Assembly (NCBI GenBank): GCA_051530055.1
Contig: CM121343.1
Span: forward strand, 6,170,389-6,234,388
From: Neoechinorhynchus agilis
Taxonomy: Eukaryota; Animalia; Acanthocephala
DNA: 64,000 nt
Direction: 5' to 3'
The notes beneath the pieces were generated by a model. That model made no database searches and had not been told where the DNA came from. It worked only from the letters and a program-made list of their open reading frames with translations. The translations under genes and the position numbers were made by a program. This document shows, one piece after another, positions 1-16,966 of this stretch (the stretch's first letter is position 1; the number at the start of each line of letters is the position of its first letter).

Positions 1-1533
1 GTGTACATCGAAGATTTCATGAGCAACTCTGTGAAGTTTCTCGCATATCGATCGGTTCATTCTAGTTCGTTCTATAAGATAAAGGACTAAAAATTTACTC
101 TTTCCGACTTTCCGTTTCAGATATTTTTACGTTGAACTTAATAACTAATCGAAGTTTACCCATATTTTCTATACATACATTCATGGTTACCGCGTTTTTA
201 TTAAGCTTCTGTGGCCTTTAAATCACTTGATGTAATAACCCTTCGAATACAGTTATTACATTATCCATTCTTGCCATCTCTATTTTCTACTCTCTCGCTC
301 ACCAAAGGCTTTTGTAACTATAGGATTTATTTCCACGTTCCCGAATACGATTTTTCAATTCTATCTTAATTGAATGCTACATCGCATATTCGTTTAGTTT
401 TGGTTGTTGATAAATCTAATTTTCTACAAGATCTTATTCTCGCGGTGTCGCTTTTAACCAAAACGATTTGTACATTTAGCTTTTTTCAGTCAATGAATCA
501 TGCACTCTTATTAAATTATTAAGTTCAAATATTCTAATCTTGATTCATACTCATTTATTTGCTTAATTCTAATTTTTTGAGCGCATTCTTTTTTGAAATT
601 CCAATATTTTCGGAGTAGTGCAGTTCAAAAATACTTATTTAGTATTCTAAAGTATATTGGATAGCAAGATTACATTTAATTTATTAGGCAATTTTATCAA
701 GTTGTCTTATTCTCGTTTGTGTTTTAAACTGGTGGAAATAATAAAAGAACGAATTTATTGAATTTCACAGTCTCTCCAATTGATTTTCTGGTCATATCTT
801 AAATACATGTTATGTGAGCATGTCCTACTTTGAATTCCCCTTAAATATTTGCTTATCATCCAAATTTTTTTGGTTAGCCAAAATTTCCATGCATATATAG
901 TTCAGTTGTTTCGCATCCAGTTATTTTTTGCCGCTTCAAATGCCAACGTGAAACTATAGCTAATAAACCCAGAAAACTCATCAAAGGCATGTTCGTTTCT
1001 TTTTATTCTCTATGCGTTCCGTTCATGGAGCCACATACTACTGAGGTATATTTGTAAGGCATGGATAAACATGGTCCCTATCGATGGAATTGCAGCGCCT
1101 CCCCGCATTTCCAGCGGCCAATTCAGTTCAAAAAACTAAACGGGAAATGGTTGAACTCTAGACTGGTGTCCATTGACCTGGTGCTGACAAGCGTCTCGGT
1201 TTCTTTTCCCATGTCTGACTTCGTGTCACGGGAGCACATCAAGAGAAACGAGCAGTCTTTTTTTCTTGCTATCATGCAAATGTCTCTATTGCGCACTTTC
1301 CCTACATCGGTAGTACATCTACAAGTGTGCAGCACATCACACTGAGATCGGTGCCAACGAAATCATTGATAATTGGCCTTTGGTGCCGTAAACATACTTT
1401 TTATAGCACGTCGCTCGAATCTGCTTCTTTTCTGAACTATATTTCGCTGAAATCAATACGGTCTTTGTTTGTGTATACAAAACAATCATTCGTAAACAAT
1501 GAAATGCGCTGATTATTTACAGACTTTGAACTA

Positions 1534-6113
<4,580 letters not shown>

Positions 6114-6959
6114 CACTATAAAACTTTTAGGCATCACACATGAACGTGAGTATGAGATTGTAAAATGGTCAAATGTGGCGATTTGTTTCAAATGCATATA
6201 TATACCTTGAGTAAATATTGCAGTGTGCGTCCATATTTTTAATTGTACCATAAAGCGTTTTAAGCCATTCTGTTAGTTAGAAAAAAATTAAATCCTTCTA
6301 CACTGTTGAAAGATCCACATTTGCACCGTCAGTCACCTTAAGTTATTTTCGACCCGATTTTGTAAATGTTCTCCAACCTTTATTACGAGCATAGTCTCGA
6401 CGAAGCATACCGTCCCATCGCGACAAATCATAGTTTGCTCGTTTTTTGGCATTGTTCATTTAATTTTCTCAATGACGTGACCTCAATTAAGATTGAACTA
6501 TTCATGTTTGTTTATGGCCTTGAAATTTTATTAAATCCGATATTTCAGAGGCATAATCTTGTGCCTTTATCAAAGTTGTTGAGATTGCACCGAAATATCG
6601 GATTTAATAAAATTCCTTCCATTTTTCAAGACAATACGAAGTAGCTGTTAATGACTGCTAATTTATGAGATGGTTTGTTGCGGATCTATTTTACCCAACA
6701 CTTACCGCTTGATATTTTATAAATCACAGGATGTTGATGTGGGGTGAAAAAATTTAAAAGTTCGATATTATAACTATTTTAATATTTACTTGCGCTCCAC
6801 TTCTCCCAAAGTCAAGATTCGCTCATTGAAACTCGGAGCTTTCAATGCTCAATTTTAAACCGTCAGGAAACGCATTTATTGGGATAAAAAGCTCTAGCAA
6901 TCACTTACGTTTTTTCACCTTGGATATTTCCACGGGTTTCTTTAGATTTTTTTTCGCCC

Positions 6960-7220
6960 TTACTATAGGGCCAAATTGCAGTAATTTGTGGTTTTACGAA
7001 AATCCTGATGGCCTTCATGCCAGGCCAGAACGGATTTCTTGGATCGGCGTCTTTACTGAATTTGATGAACAAGAAGATTTTAAAAATGTCGATATGTGAG
7101 GAGGTACCGGGGGGGGAATGTGATTAGAGAATTATTATGGTTAGAAGTCTACACCCTCGGTGGAAATGATTATTTCGATTAAAAAGACGTTCTACGAACC
7201 TCGTCGGGTTCATCATCTCA
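6960..7220 (-). mobile_element. Degenerate LINE reverse-transcriptase fragment
   Basis: 7083-7217 aligns by eye to 46007-46118 inside the LINE, just upstream of its QFDFRP...LDLSKAFDSVDH RT motifs; the minus-strand translation contains PDEVRR and EGVDF, resembling the RT N-terminal region. The left boundary is approximate. Confidence 0.55.
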
Positions 7221-7327
7221 GTTTGTTTGTTGGTATAGCTTCTATTACCAACAAACAAACCGGACGAGGTTCGTAGAACGTCTTCTTAATCAAAATAATC
7301 ATTTCCACCGAGGGTGTAGACTTCTAA
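7141..7327. repeat. Long fold-back hairpin (65-bp outer arms plus an ~18-bp inner stem)
   Basis: 7141-7205 is the reverse complement of 7263-7327 with 2 mismatches; 7221-7238 pairs with 7242-7260. Confidence 0.95.
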
Positions 7328-8037
7328 ACAAAATTCCACGAAGATTTTAACCTCCAATGTTGTTCATCTCCTTCTGTATGGTTAACAGCGTCGAATACAT
7401 TTGTAGGATCATAGATTCGGGCCATTTCATGTAAAATATCGGAATATTCCGAGACGAATGCATAGAAAAAGTCAGAAACAAACACGGTTGTCATATTTTT
7501 GAATTGTGATCTTTCCCATTCCAAAGTATTCATCTTGATCACATTATTAGTAATTTGTGCGAGTTTTTGACTGAAACTCTTTCCCAAGGTTACATGATAA
7601 AAAATATTACGATGTCCATGAACAAACATACATCCCCGATCTTCGCACTTCGCTCCATCTTCGTTATTGATGATGTAATCTAAGAATTTAGGACAATACT
7701 TGGTGGCACAAAGACTGATGGGATAACATTTGAAGAGTCTTGAAGGTTTACTGATAGCCGTAAAGGCAAGAATCATTAAAGCTACCTGTCGTTCGTCGTA
7801 GAACCTAATTATTATAGCATCTCTTTTTTTCCGTAAATCTTCGGCGTGCCGTTCTGCTATTGCAACTATTGGTCCAAATAACGACGATGTCCATACAGCA
7901 AATTTCGATAAACTTACATCCGTAGGTATATCGAAAACGATCACAGTGTCACGCTGAACAACTAAAACTTCCGCCAATTGTGAACTTGTTCCCATATCGT
8001 TTTCTAAAAAAATGGAACTTAATTATCGCTGACTCAT
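7324..8037 (-). CDS. Divergent CNOT4/Not4-like RRM + CCCH zinc-finger protein without a RING domain
   Basis: VVQRDTVIVFDI resembles CNOT4 VVQKNLVFVVGL; SLCATKYCPKFL...C...CMFVH resembles SLGTTKYCSYFL...C...CMYLH. Probable start is ATG 8037 followed by a 30-nt intron (8033-8004) in frame with the 223-aa ORF. Confidence 0.62.
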
Positions 8038-8820
8038 GGCTGCCACACTATAAAAAAAACTAAACGTCGTGAAATTACGACCGCCGTTACCACAAATCCA
8101 TGTCGACAACGTAAATAACGCGAACGTGCCAAAAAAATATATTGGCGCGCTCTTCTGGTAATCAAGGTAGCTAAAAAAATTTAAATGAACTTTTTTAGTT
8201 TGAAAAGAAATTTTTTTACCACAAATGATCTCACTTTTGTGAGGTCCTTTACATTGGTGAACCTTTTTAAAATATTGGAAAAAATCAATAATATCAATTC
8301 GCACCCATTTTATCTGATCAGATTTCAATGATCGCTTATAATCTTTTGTCCGGGTTTCGCGATTCTCAAAATGGAACCAGGGTTAGTCGTGTATTTATTA
8401 CAAACCAATTTTGGACATGGTTGGATTTTCAATTAGATGTGAAAGAGATGAACCAATAAAGCTAAAATTATATACCTTAATCGCAAGGCTATTCCGCTTT
8501 GATTTGATTGAAAACTGTCACAAACGTCCATTTAACTTTATTTTTTCAATGTGGCAGCATATAAATATCCTTAAACGTCGCAAAAGTCAATCAAAATGTT
8601 CAAAACGACTTTACAGACTTAAAGCTGCATTTGATATACATTTAATTGATACCTAAAGTTCTCTGGACTTTGTGCCATTCGTTTGCATATCCCTCGATAA
8701 GCATTGACACTTGCAGTCCTCGTATTCCTCAAACCTTGAGCTAATGCAGGGAAATTAGGCTACTGTTTTGGTTCAATTTCTTAGAATACAAAGTTATTAA
8801 AAGTGACTGCTTTGTACATT

Positions 8821-9105
8821 TCAGTTCTTGCTCAAACTATAATGAACTTTCTTTTCCATATTGATTCTCATTCCTGATTCGCCAATAGATTCGTAAATCA
8901 AAAATCTGGGACAATATTTCGCTACATTGATGGCTTCGCAGTAATTTCTATTTAGTTTTACTTTTTGCTGTATTTGTGATGCCATCTCATCAATCACCTG
9001 TTCCGTACTATGCTTTATTTTTTGAATAGAAATTGATAAAGCAATCATAAATAAAAAACAATCAAGAAAATAAAAACCAATTATAGCAAGAATGTATAAG
9101 ATCAT
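8821..9105 (-). pseudogene. Decayed tandem paralogue of the CNOT4-like gene
   Basis: EQV...NYCEAINVAKYCPRFL aligns with RQV...KCYPISLCATKYCPKFL of the neighbouring ORF; later zinc ligands are missing and the frame stops early. Confidence 0.35.
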
Positions 9106-10763
9106 GGATCCCTCCCTAATCCGATCTAAAAACGCTCCAAAAGCAATAAATATTTTTCCCGAATAGTATGTAGTATACCGATTCTTATATTATGTTTTGT
9201 AAATTTTCCTATATGGTACCTTTCAACCTCACTTTTAAAATATAATTGACTTTATTAATCCTTTACTTTTAGAGGAGTTGTATCTTATACTCTATTGTAA
9301 GGATCCACATGCCTTGAAGCTTAGAAAAACCTGAAATATCAGTGAGTTTAAACCATTATTTTTCGGTGATCTGCTACGCGATTTGCTCAATGTGATGGAA
9401 TCCACTTATGTTTGCTATTAGTCAGAAATATCGTAATTTGAATATTTTGTACATGCCAAAATGATAGGCTTTAAAAATCGCTGAGGTGCGTCTAGATATG
9501 ATCGTATCCATCCTCCGCACCATAAATCGATCGCTATCAGCATCGATAAAAATTGTTGCGCTGAAATTCGCAAAGTGGAAAATCAAGTGGCTTTCATAGA
9601 GCGGCGGTTATTCCGCTTGCCTTACGGATTTTAAAAGCTACTAATCTTAGAACATTTACTGTTAATTTAAGGTTTCAGATCTTATATACGAGTAAATGTT
9701 TTGCTAAAGCGGTAAAAATATCAGGAAACAGAAAAAATGACTGGGCAAAATATGGTAACAAATTGAATCTTCAACAGCTTTAAGTATACTTTCAAGCGAA
9801 ATAAACGGGCCTTTACACTATGATGCTAATATGATCTTTAAGTATTTACATTCGTTAGTAAAATAAACCGTTTAATTTCGAGTGTTTTGAGATGCGGTAC
9901 TCGATTGTGAATGTGTGGATAATTGTCACCTGCACGTGGTTTAAATTCGTTTAAAGCAATACGTTAAGCTCACTTTCACCACCATTATTATTGAGTTTTA
10001 TTACATACAATCGATCATCAAACTATGACCATTTCCAATAAATAAAATCGATTTTTGAGCGTAATTAAAGCATTCGTTGTTTCGCGTTCACAAAAAAATA
10101 AACACTTCATAAATTTACCCGTTGAAATACAATTGCTAAAGACTGAATGGACCAAGGTCAAATTCCAATCACATTTTCCCAAAAGGTAAGATTCAACTTG
10201 AGAGGCCATTTTTTGCTGAGTGTTACATCGGATTTGATTTTCATCCTTGTAAATTCGGATACTCTTCAGCGAACACATAAATTTTTCGCTGCTTAGGTTA
10301 AGGATGACCGAAGTAGTCCGGCTCTTTTGAGAGTATCAAATTGTTTAACCCAGGGATACTCGTGCGACGACTAAAGCACCGCAATATACATAAAAATTCA
10401 ACACGTTGCCGGCGAAACAGATTGGCATTCGGATCTCACTGCCTTTGAATGATTTATCAGCAATTCTGCGAGTTGGCGTTTAAATTGAACGTAAGGGCGC
10501 CCCACTTAATGTAGTCGTTTGCGTTTTTCGCTGGTTTTATGGGCCACAGATTTTCTTTGAAATGTGAATTTTTCTCTGATTACCTTTTCTGTGCACAATC
10601 GACAATATCGAGAATTGGTAATTTAACACCGATTTTTACCTTTTTATTTTTCATGAACAAAAAAGGTGCATGAACATCCGTTACCATGGCGACAAGAACT
10701 CCAAATAATGCAGTCCGTTGTAGAAGGTTGCTCGAATAGATCGGAATATTGCATTTAGAAGTC

Positions 10764-13154
10764 ATGGAAAACATGCCGCACGATATGTCGGACAGTGACT
10801 ATTTTGAACCGGAGTCCTATTTTGATACATTAGATGATATTGAAGATCGTGTTGACCGGGATTTATCAAGAGAGATTAATAGCTCAATCGTGAATTATTT
10901 ATATTTCATGTTTCTGGATGAAGACAATAAGAGGCTGGACAACTATTTCCTGAATAAATACTACACCGAGAACGTGGTAATTCGTTCAATGCGTTTGGTA
11001 TAGAAAATTTAACGATTAATCTATTTTAGCACATAGGATTGTTTAAAGTTATTCAGGAGGATACACTAAATTTTGCAAGGACAATCGCGACTATTCCAAG
11101 TGATTTAGTCAGACCTCACGAGATTTATGTGGCGATACTTCTTTTAAGAGTAATACTGCGATGCGTTGTTTAAGTAATCACTCATTTTGTGCTAGGCACC
11201 TTTATGGATGCTTAGCGATAGGACAGTTCTTAAAGTAGCATATAGACTGATTCAATTAAATATATCTCCCAACATAGAAATGCATGTCTTGGCGCTATTT
11301 GAACAGTATGAGTCGACAAATACCTTTATAGTTACTCTCACCTACCCCCTTAGATTCGATTTTAAACATTTAGGCCACTACGTAAAATTGATGAAATATA
11401 TAATTGATCAAGCATTTAACATCAAACGTTCGCATAAACGCGAGAAGGTCATTGCAGTGTATTTGAAATTCACGTCTTTAATATGTGAGATTTTTGATTC
11501 TTTTAAAAACTCAATTGTAAATGTGCCACTTTTTAGATGCGTCAAATGTGCAGATCAGCAGAATTTCGCCAAATGCGTTTCAAATTCGAGCACTTAGCAA
11601 ACTTCCACCTCTGACGCAGCTTATGAGACTACTGAGAATGGGCCAGGGACCTCTGCCAAGCGATAAAGTCGTAGCTCTGGCATTCCCATATCTAATCCCA
11701 TTTGAATATAAACTAACTCTCACAAGAACTGAATTTCAATATTTACAAGATTTGAATATTCTCGTAAGATGATTTAATATACAATCCAATCTTACAAACT
11801 CATATGTTTCAGCATACTCTAGAAATCATAAACAACCGATATTTTCAGGCGCCGTTCAATATACCAAAAAATATTTGTTTTACAATAAAACGTGAACAAT
11901 TAGTCAACAGCACCATTAGCGAGGTAATGACGATCTAACCATCAAAAATCTCTGAAATTCTTTTGCTTAGATCAACAATCACTATTCGTTAAGACGAGAT
12001 ATAAGGATAATATTTGATGGTGAAAACGGAGCAGACGAAGGCGGGTTATTCAGAGAATGGCTAGAAAATGTAATTGCAGCAATTGTGGATGATGATAGTT
12101 GGTACATTTATAAAATTCGACTTTCAGTAATCTAAATTAATTAGGACTTTTTCAATACAATGCACAAGCTGGGACGTACTTTCCTATGGCCAGTGCAACA
12201 GACAAAGGATGCCTTGAAGTCTTTTACTTGTTTGGACTTGTAATTGAATTTCTAAGAAGTTTCTTAATCTGACCTTTTGATCGTTTAGATGATGGGGTTT
12301 GCATACTACAATTCGTTCGAGTTAATTGGAATAGATCTTCCTGAACAATTTTTTATGAAGCTTTTTGGTGAAAATTTTAGGATTCGAAAGCCATCGATTA
12401 CCGATCTTATCTGCATTGATCCGGTTTGAAATAAACAGCCTTTCAGCATCTTTAAGATCCAACATTAAAACAATATAGATTGCCGGTAAAAATTTGGAGA
12501 ATTTATCAAGTCTCGATGTCGATGAAGCGTTTGATATCCTTGGCTACAAAAAAGGAGATCTGAAGCGCGATAAAACAAACTTGGAAGATGTTATTAGAAA
12601 GAGTCTCGAAGAATATCTAAACACTAATATGGCAGGGCAGTTTTATAAAATATTTCAGGGCTTTTGCGATATTAGTATTTCTAATTCTTTGACAGTAGGT
12701 ATCTAGATTTGATCACGTCATCGATAACTTTAGCGTTTAGTTTTTCACACCGATTGAATTTCGATCCATTTTTTGTGGAATCACCTTACAGGGCAAAGGA
12801 CTACAGATGATGCGAAATCGAACTAAGTATCGGCATTGCAACGCGAATAATCCAATAATCAAATGGTTTTGGGAAATCGTCGAGGAAATGGACGAAAAAT
12901 ACCAAACGAAATTGCTAAAATTTATTACTGGTTCAAAACGTCTACCAACTCATAGATCGCCACCTATAACGTTGGCGGTTCAAAATTTAAGCAATGCTTC
13001 AAGCGACTTGAATCCGAATTCATTCAAATTGCCCACGGCGCATACGTGCAATCGCGAGTTAATTCTCGACGCTGCGATGGACTCGAAGGATATTTTCAAA
13101 ACGAAATTATACAAAGCAATTGATTTGGGTGGAGAAGGATTTGGGTTTATTTGA
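10764..13154 (+). CDS. HECT-domain E3 ubiquitin ligase, multi-exon
   Basis: Spliced frame contains FPYLIPF, IFDGENGADEGGLFREW, IIKWFWEIV, LLKFITGS and the catalytic LPTAHTC; the C-terminus EGFGFI has Phe at -4. Confidence 0.9.
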
Positions 13155-14531
13155 TAGAGGTGTTTGAGATGCGAATAATAAAGATTTTTATGGTTAACTG
13201 AGGCTCTGATTAAGTAAATTTATTTTTATTCGTTTAATGTGCATTTTTTAATGCCCTTTCCAATACTTTGAATGTAGTGAAATTTTCATGTGAAATATAG
13301 TTTGAAAACATTCATTACTCTCGGAGATTTACTCCCTGTGGAAAATAATGCATCAATTGAAATAATGAAAATTTAAAAGGGCAATTCAATTTACGTAGAT
13401 CGAGGAAATAATTACAGTCGGTAGGAATAGGTTAAAGCCAAAGGTCCTTCGAAAGGTCATCAATCGTAGCAGCTTTTAATAGTTTGGAAATCCTTAAAGG
13501 GCAGTAAGGGATCCATGAAGACCACGAATTAATTTAAAACATCGAAAATCGTGGAATGTCTCATTAACTTCCACTTCGTTGAAATGCGTTACGTACAATG
13601 AAATAATAATAACATTCCGACTTTGATTTTGAAGTGATTAATCGATAACGCAGTAAATTAGCCAGAACCTCAAATGCAAAGACTATTTCAAGAGACTTAC
13701 TCATGATCTTGTAAACCAGTTTATATTCGTACAGTTGGCCGCATCCAAACGGTCTATCACCTAAATGCTCTATTATAACCGAACTTTACGTGGACAGACT
13801 TTCTCTGCATACATTAAATCCTTTGTGGGTTCCAATTATTTATCGATCCCTAAAACATTTCTTTAATTAAGAGTACTCGAATCTTAGGAATTTTCGGATG
13901 TTGGAATGAACTGCCTACGTGGGCCAAAAACCTATCAGCAAATGATTGTTTTACTATCTGCATGATTTACTGTATCTACCACACAGAAATGGAAGACGAT
14001 TCTAGATTTGTTTTTCGACGAATAAAGTTCATAATCAGGATGGCAAAGTAAATTCAATTGTAACTGAACATATCAAACAAAAAAATTGAGAAATGTGTTC
14101 CTTCGTGATATTGTCCAATGAAAGTATCATGTGATTCGCTATAATCATCTGAAGTTCAAATTCTAAACCATTATTATTCGAAATTGTATTACTCGGAAAC
14201 CCCATTGGAGTAGAAAATGTGAAAAGGGAGATACAATCATTGAAGTTTTAAAGGCAAAATATGAAACGAACACGTTTATAGCGAATTTCTTTCTAAAAGT
14301 TATAGTTACATCTCAAACAAATAGGTATAAAGTCTGACCTGACGTCGATTTAAATCGTAATAATATCGATTTCAAAATAAGTGGGTGTAATTATCCGTTC
14401 GAAGATTTGGGGAGCGCAGACTGAAGTGCGGAAAGCTCTTATAAAATTTAAATCTAAACATTTTACAGCAAAAAATTCGCACAGCTATAAATAAGCACTT
14501 ATTATATTCGTTAGTAAAATTTAGCAGTTCA

Positions 14532-15266
14532 TTAATTCCGTCTTCTATTTCTTGATCGGCGGGGATCCTTGTTTTTAACAGTGCTACTAGGTTTTAAAAA
14601 TGACAAAAGCATTGCGAATTGACTCCTAGAACTGAGGTTATCCGCTTCGCTTGAAATGAAAGATGATCCATTTGATTCTTGGATTGCAATGCGTTCGGTT
14701 TCTCTCAAAAGGCGCAAATTCACCTCGCGTTTCACCAATTCGCGTCGCTTCAGATTTAAAAGTTCCTCGTTTTCAGGAGCACCATCAACCCAGATAAGAC
14801 TTAGCGCTTTTGCAAGTTGGCTAAATTCGTCCTCGTATACCAACGAGTCCTCGAAATGAGATCTAACGAAGCAAAGTAGATTTTTTAGATCAGCTGATCC
14901 AGAAACTCTAACTATTTCAAGTAAGAGTTGATAGTACATGGTGAAGCGTAATCTTCGATCGTAATTCCATAACCGCTCCCACCTTTCTTTTATAATTTCA
15001 ATTGCATTTTCGAATTCACCAATCATAATCAAATCAGTAACATCGCTTCGATCACGTACATACAAAATCGCAGTTTCTTTATCAGGGAATCTTAAACTTG
15101 GCTCTAAATCCAGGGGCAATATTGGAAATTCCTGTAAGAACATTTCAAGTGGTTTGTATAGACCGAATAACACATAATGATTCAGGATGATGCGGTTAGC
15201 GGCAAGTGAGTTACAACGCTCACGTTTTCCACACGATCGCTTGGACAACAAATCAGAAGACAACAT
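14532..15266 (-). CDS. LisH/CTLH/CRA protein, GID8/TWA1-like
   Basis: 244-aa ORF with LisH-like NRIILNHYVLFG, CTLH-like LIMIGEFENAIEII...YQLLLEIVR and CRA-like LSLIW...RRELVKREVN. Confidence 0.68.
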   Translation of the reverse strand: MLSSDLLSKRSCGKRERCNSLAANRIILNHYVLFGLYKPLEMFLQEFPILPLDLEPSLRFPDKETAILYVRDRSDVTDLIMIGEFENAIEIIKERWERLWNYDRRLRFTMYYQLLLEIVRVSGSADLKNLLCFVRSHFEDSLVYEDEFSQLAKALSLIWVDGAPENEELLNLKRRELVKREVNLRLLRETERIAIQESNGSSFISSEADNLSSRSQFAMLLSFLKPSSTVKNKDPRRSRNRRRN

Positions 15267-15748
15267 TTTAGAATGTAAGGCTACTCAAATAATTCAGAGC
15301 GAGATTGAAATTAACTGTTGTATCAACCTGCGTGTCACTAATCAATTTTTGATTTTTTCGTTTTATTTTGCTATGTAAACAGAAACCAAAACGTTTCGGA
15401 TGTACAAATACGGTGCAGAGGATTGATTATTTATAAAAATTGAAAGTATCAGAGAATCTTAATTTAATAAATTCCAGATTTATTTGCGATCAAATGTGCA
15501 TTATTGTCATGTGTGTAGAGTTTTCCTTCTTAAAAAATCAATAAATTTAAAACGATGATTTTACATGTGAATTAATAGCAAAATAAGTTTGGCGAAAATG
15601 TTATTTTAAGCTTCTAGTTTTCCTTTGAGCAGGTGCTACTATTTATTTTTAGGATTTTCTCAGCAACCATAAAAACACTACAAATTATTTTACGAATTAA
15701 AATTGCATATTTACACGTTTAAAGCAGGGCGCAAAAGGATTAGACGAG

Positions 15749-16966
15749 TCAGAGGTCAGTGACGGTGCTTTCATTATTATCCTTATTAGCAGAAGACGAA
15801 GAATCGAATGACAACTCAAGATTAACTAATCTTCGTCTATGCTTCAAGGCCTCTGCCATCAAGAATCGTACATCATTTCGTTCAACGTTTTTCGTCATCG
15901 GTGCTGGATGTGAGTTTTCATTTTTTACTTTCCTTAGAGTAAATCCACGTCTTATTTCGGCCATAAGATCCGAACTCACCGAAGCGCAAGCTCCATACCT
16001 AGCAGTCGCAGATATGTTTCCATCCGATCTACAAGTTGCACTTGTGGCGTTATTGTGAAGTTTCCGAGGTTCCTGACTGTGTCCAATTTGCTGCAGTTCA
16101 GACTGAATATTCGGTGGCTGGAAATCGGGTTCGCACATTTCTGGTGGGAAGTCATCACATTGGGGCGGCGGTGGGAAGTCATTATCGAAATCACCCGTAC
16201 CTCCAAAATATGGCACAGGCGGTTGAGGAGTATCAGAACGTCGACTTGAATCTGCATCCTGTTTTCGATCATTGGTTGGGCCGATGCTCATCGGTCGTTC
16301 ACGTTGTTCAATGGACGGGAGTGATTTGTTAAACTGTTTTTGCATAAAGCAGCTCCTACTGGACTTTAGACTTGTTTCACCGTAAATGCTGTTGGTTATG
16401 GATTGTGTAATGTGCTCAGGAGGAATGATTCTGAGATTTTGTCGAACTGAAGGTGGTCGTGAGTCTGAAGCATTGATGGATAATGCCGCGTTTGAAGTAA
16501 CTCTTCGATTTGCGTAAAACACGCTCGGATCACTATAAAAAGACGAGCTGTCCTTATTATCAGTTCGGAATTTATTGAGCATATAGAGTGGCGGTGCCGG
16601 TAATGCGATCCGTTGATAAGCACTAGCAAGGGGTGATTCATCGTCGTCAGCGTCATCGCCGGTTCGACATGGATCTCTAAGAAACAGTTCATTTTGATTT
16701 TTAACCACATCAACTTGACTTTCACTAATCCACCGTTCTGAGATTAAGAGCCGTTCTCTCAATCTATAGTGCCGATCTTCAATACGATTCATTTTCACGG
16801 TGACTTCTCTCATCAACTCACTTGTCCGTCGATTAATCGTGCTCAGTTGTCTTATAAGATTACAGAGTGTAAAATTGGATATGAAAGCAAGTTCATCGGC
16901 ATCATCCACGGTCGATTCAAAAGCAGCTATCCTTCTTGGAGAAACTTTTTGACTATCGATTGGCAT
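15749..16966 (-). CDS. WASF: SCAR/WAVE actin nucleation-promoting factor (WHD, Pro-rich, WH2-C-A)
   Basis: N-terminal MPIDSQKVSPRRI...ELAFISNFTLCNLIRQLS matches the WAVE homology domain; FPPPP; WH2 DLMAEIRRGFTLRKV; central NDVRFLMAEALKHRR. Confidence 0.85.
   Translation of the reverse strand: MPIDSQKVSPRRIAAFESTVDDADELAFISNFTLCNLIRQLSTINRRTSELMREVTVKMNRIEDRHYRLRERLLISERWISESQVDVVKNQNELFLRDPCRTGDDADDDESPLASAYQRIALPAPPLYMLNKFRTDNKDSSSFYSDPSVFYANRRVTSNAALSINASDSRPPSVRQNLRIIPPEHITQSITNSIYGETSLKSSRSCFMQKQFNKSLPSIEQRERPMSIGPTNDRKQDADSSRRSDTPQPPVPYFGGTGDFDNDFPPPPQCDDFPPEMCEPDFQPPNIQSELQQIGHSQEPRKLHNNATSATCRSDGNISATARYGACASVSSDLMAEIRRGFTLRKVKNENSHPAPMTKNVERNDVRFLMAEALKHRRRLVNLELSFDSSSSANKDNNESTVTDL

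Noticed and set aside
1040-1380. GC-richer stretch upstream of DAPK as an LTR-retroelement fragment or gene
   Set aside because: The ORFs on both strands lack convincing motifs; the resemblance is too weak to call.
15759-16859. Plus-strand ORFs overlapping WAVE, and similar antisense ORFs over DAPK, FoxP, Shark, Kv3 and chitin synthase
   Set aside because: They are shadow frames of real genes with no recognisable motifs.
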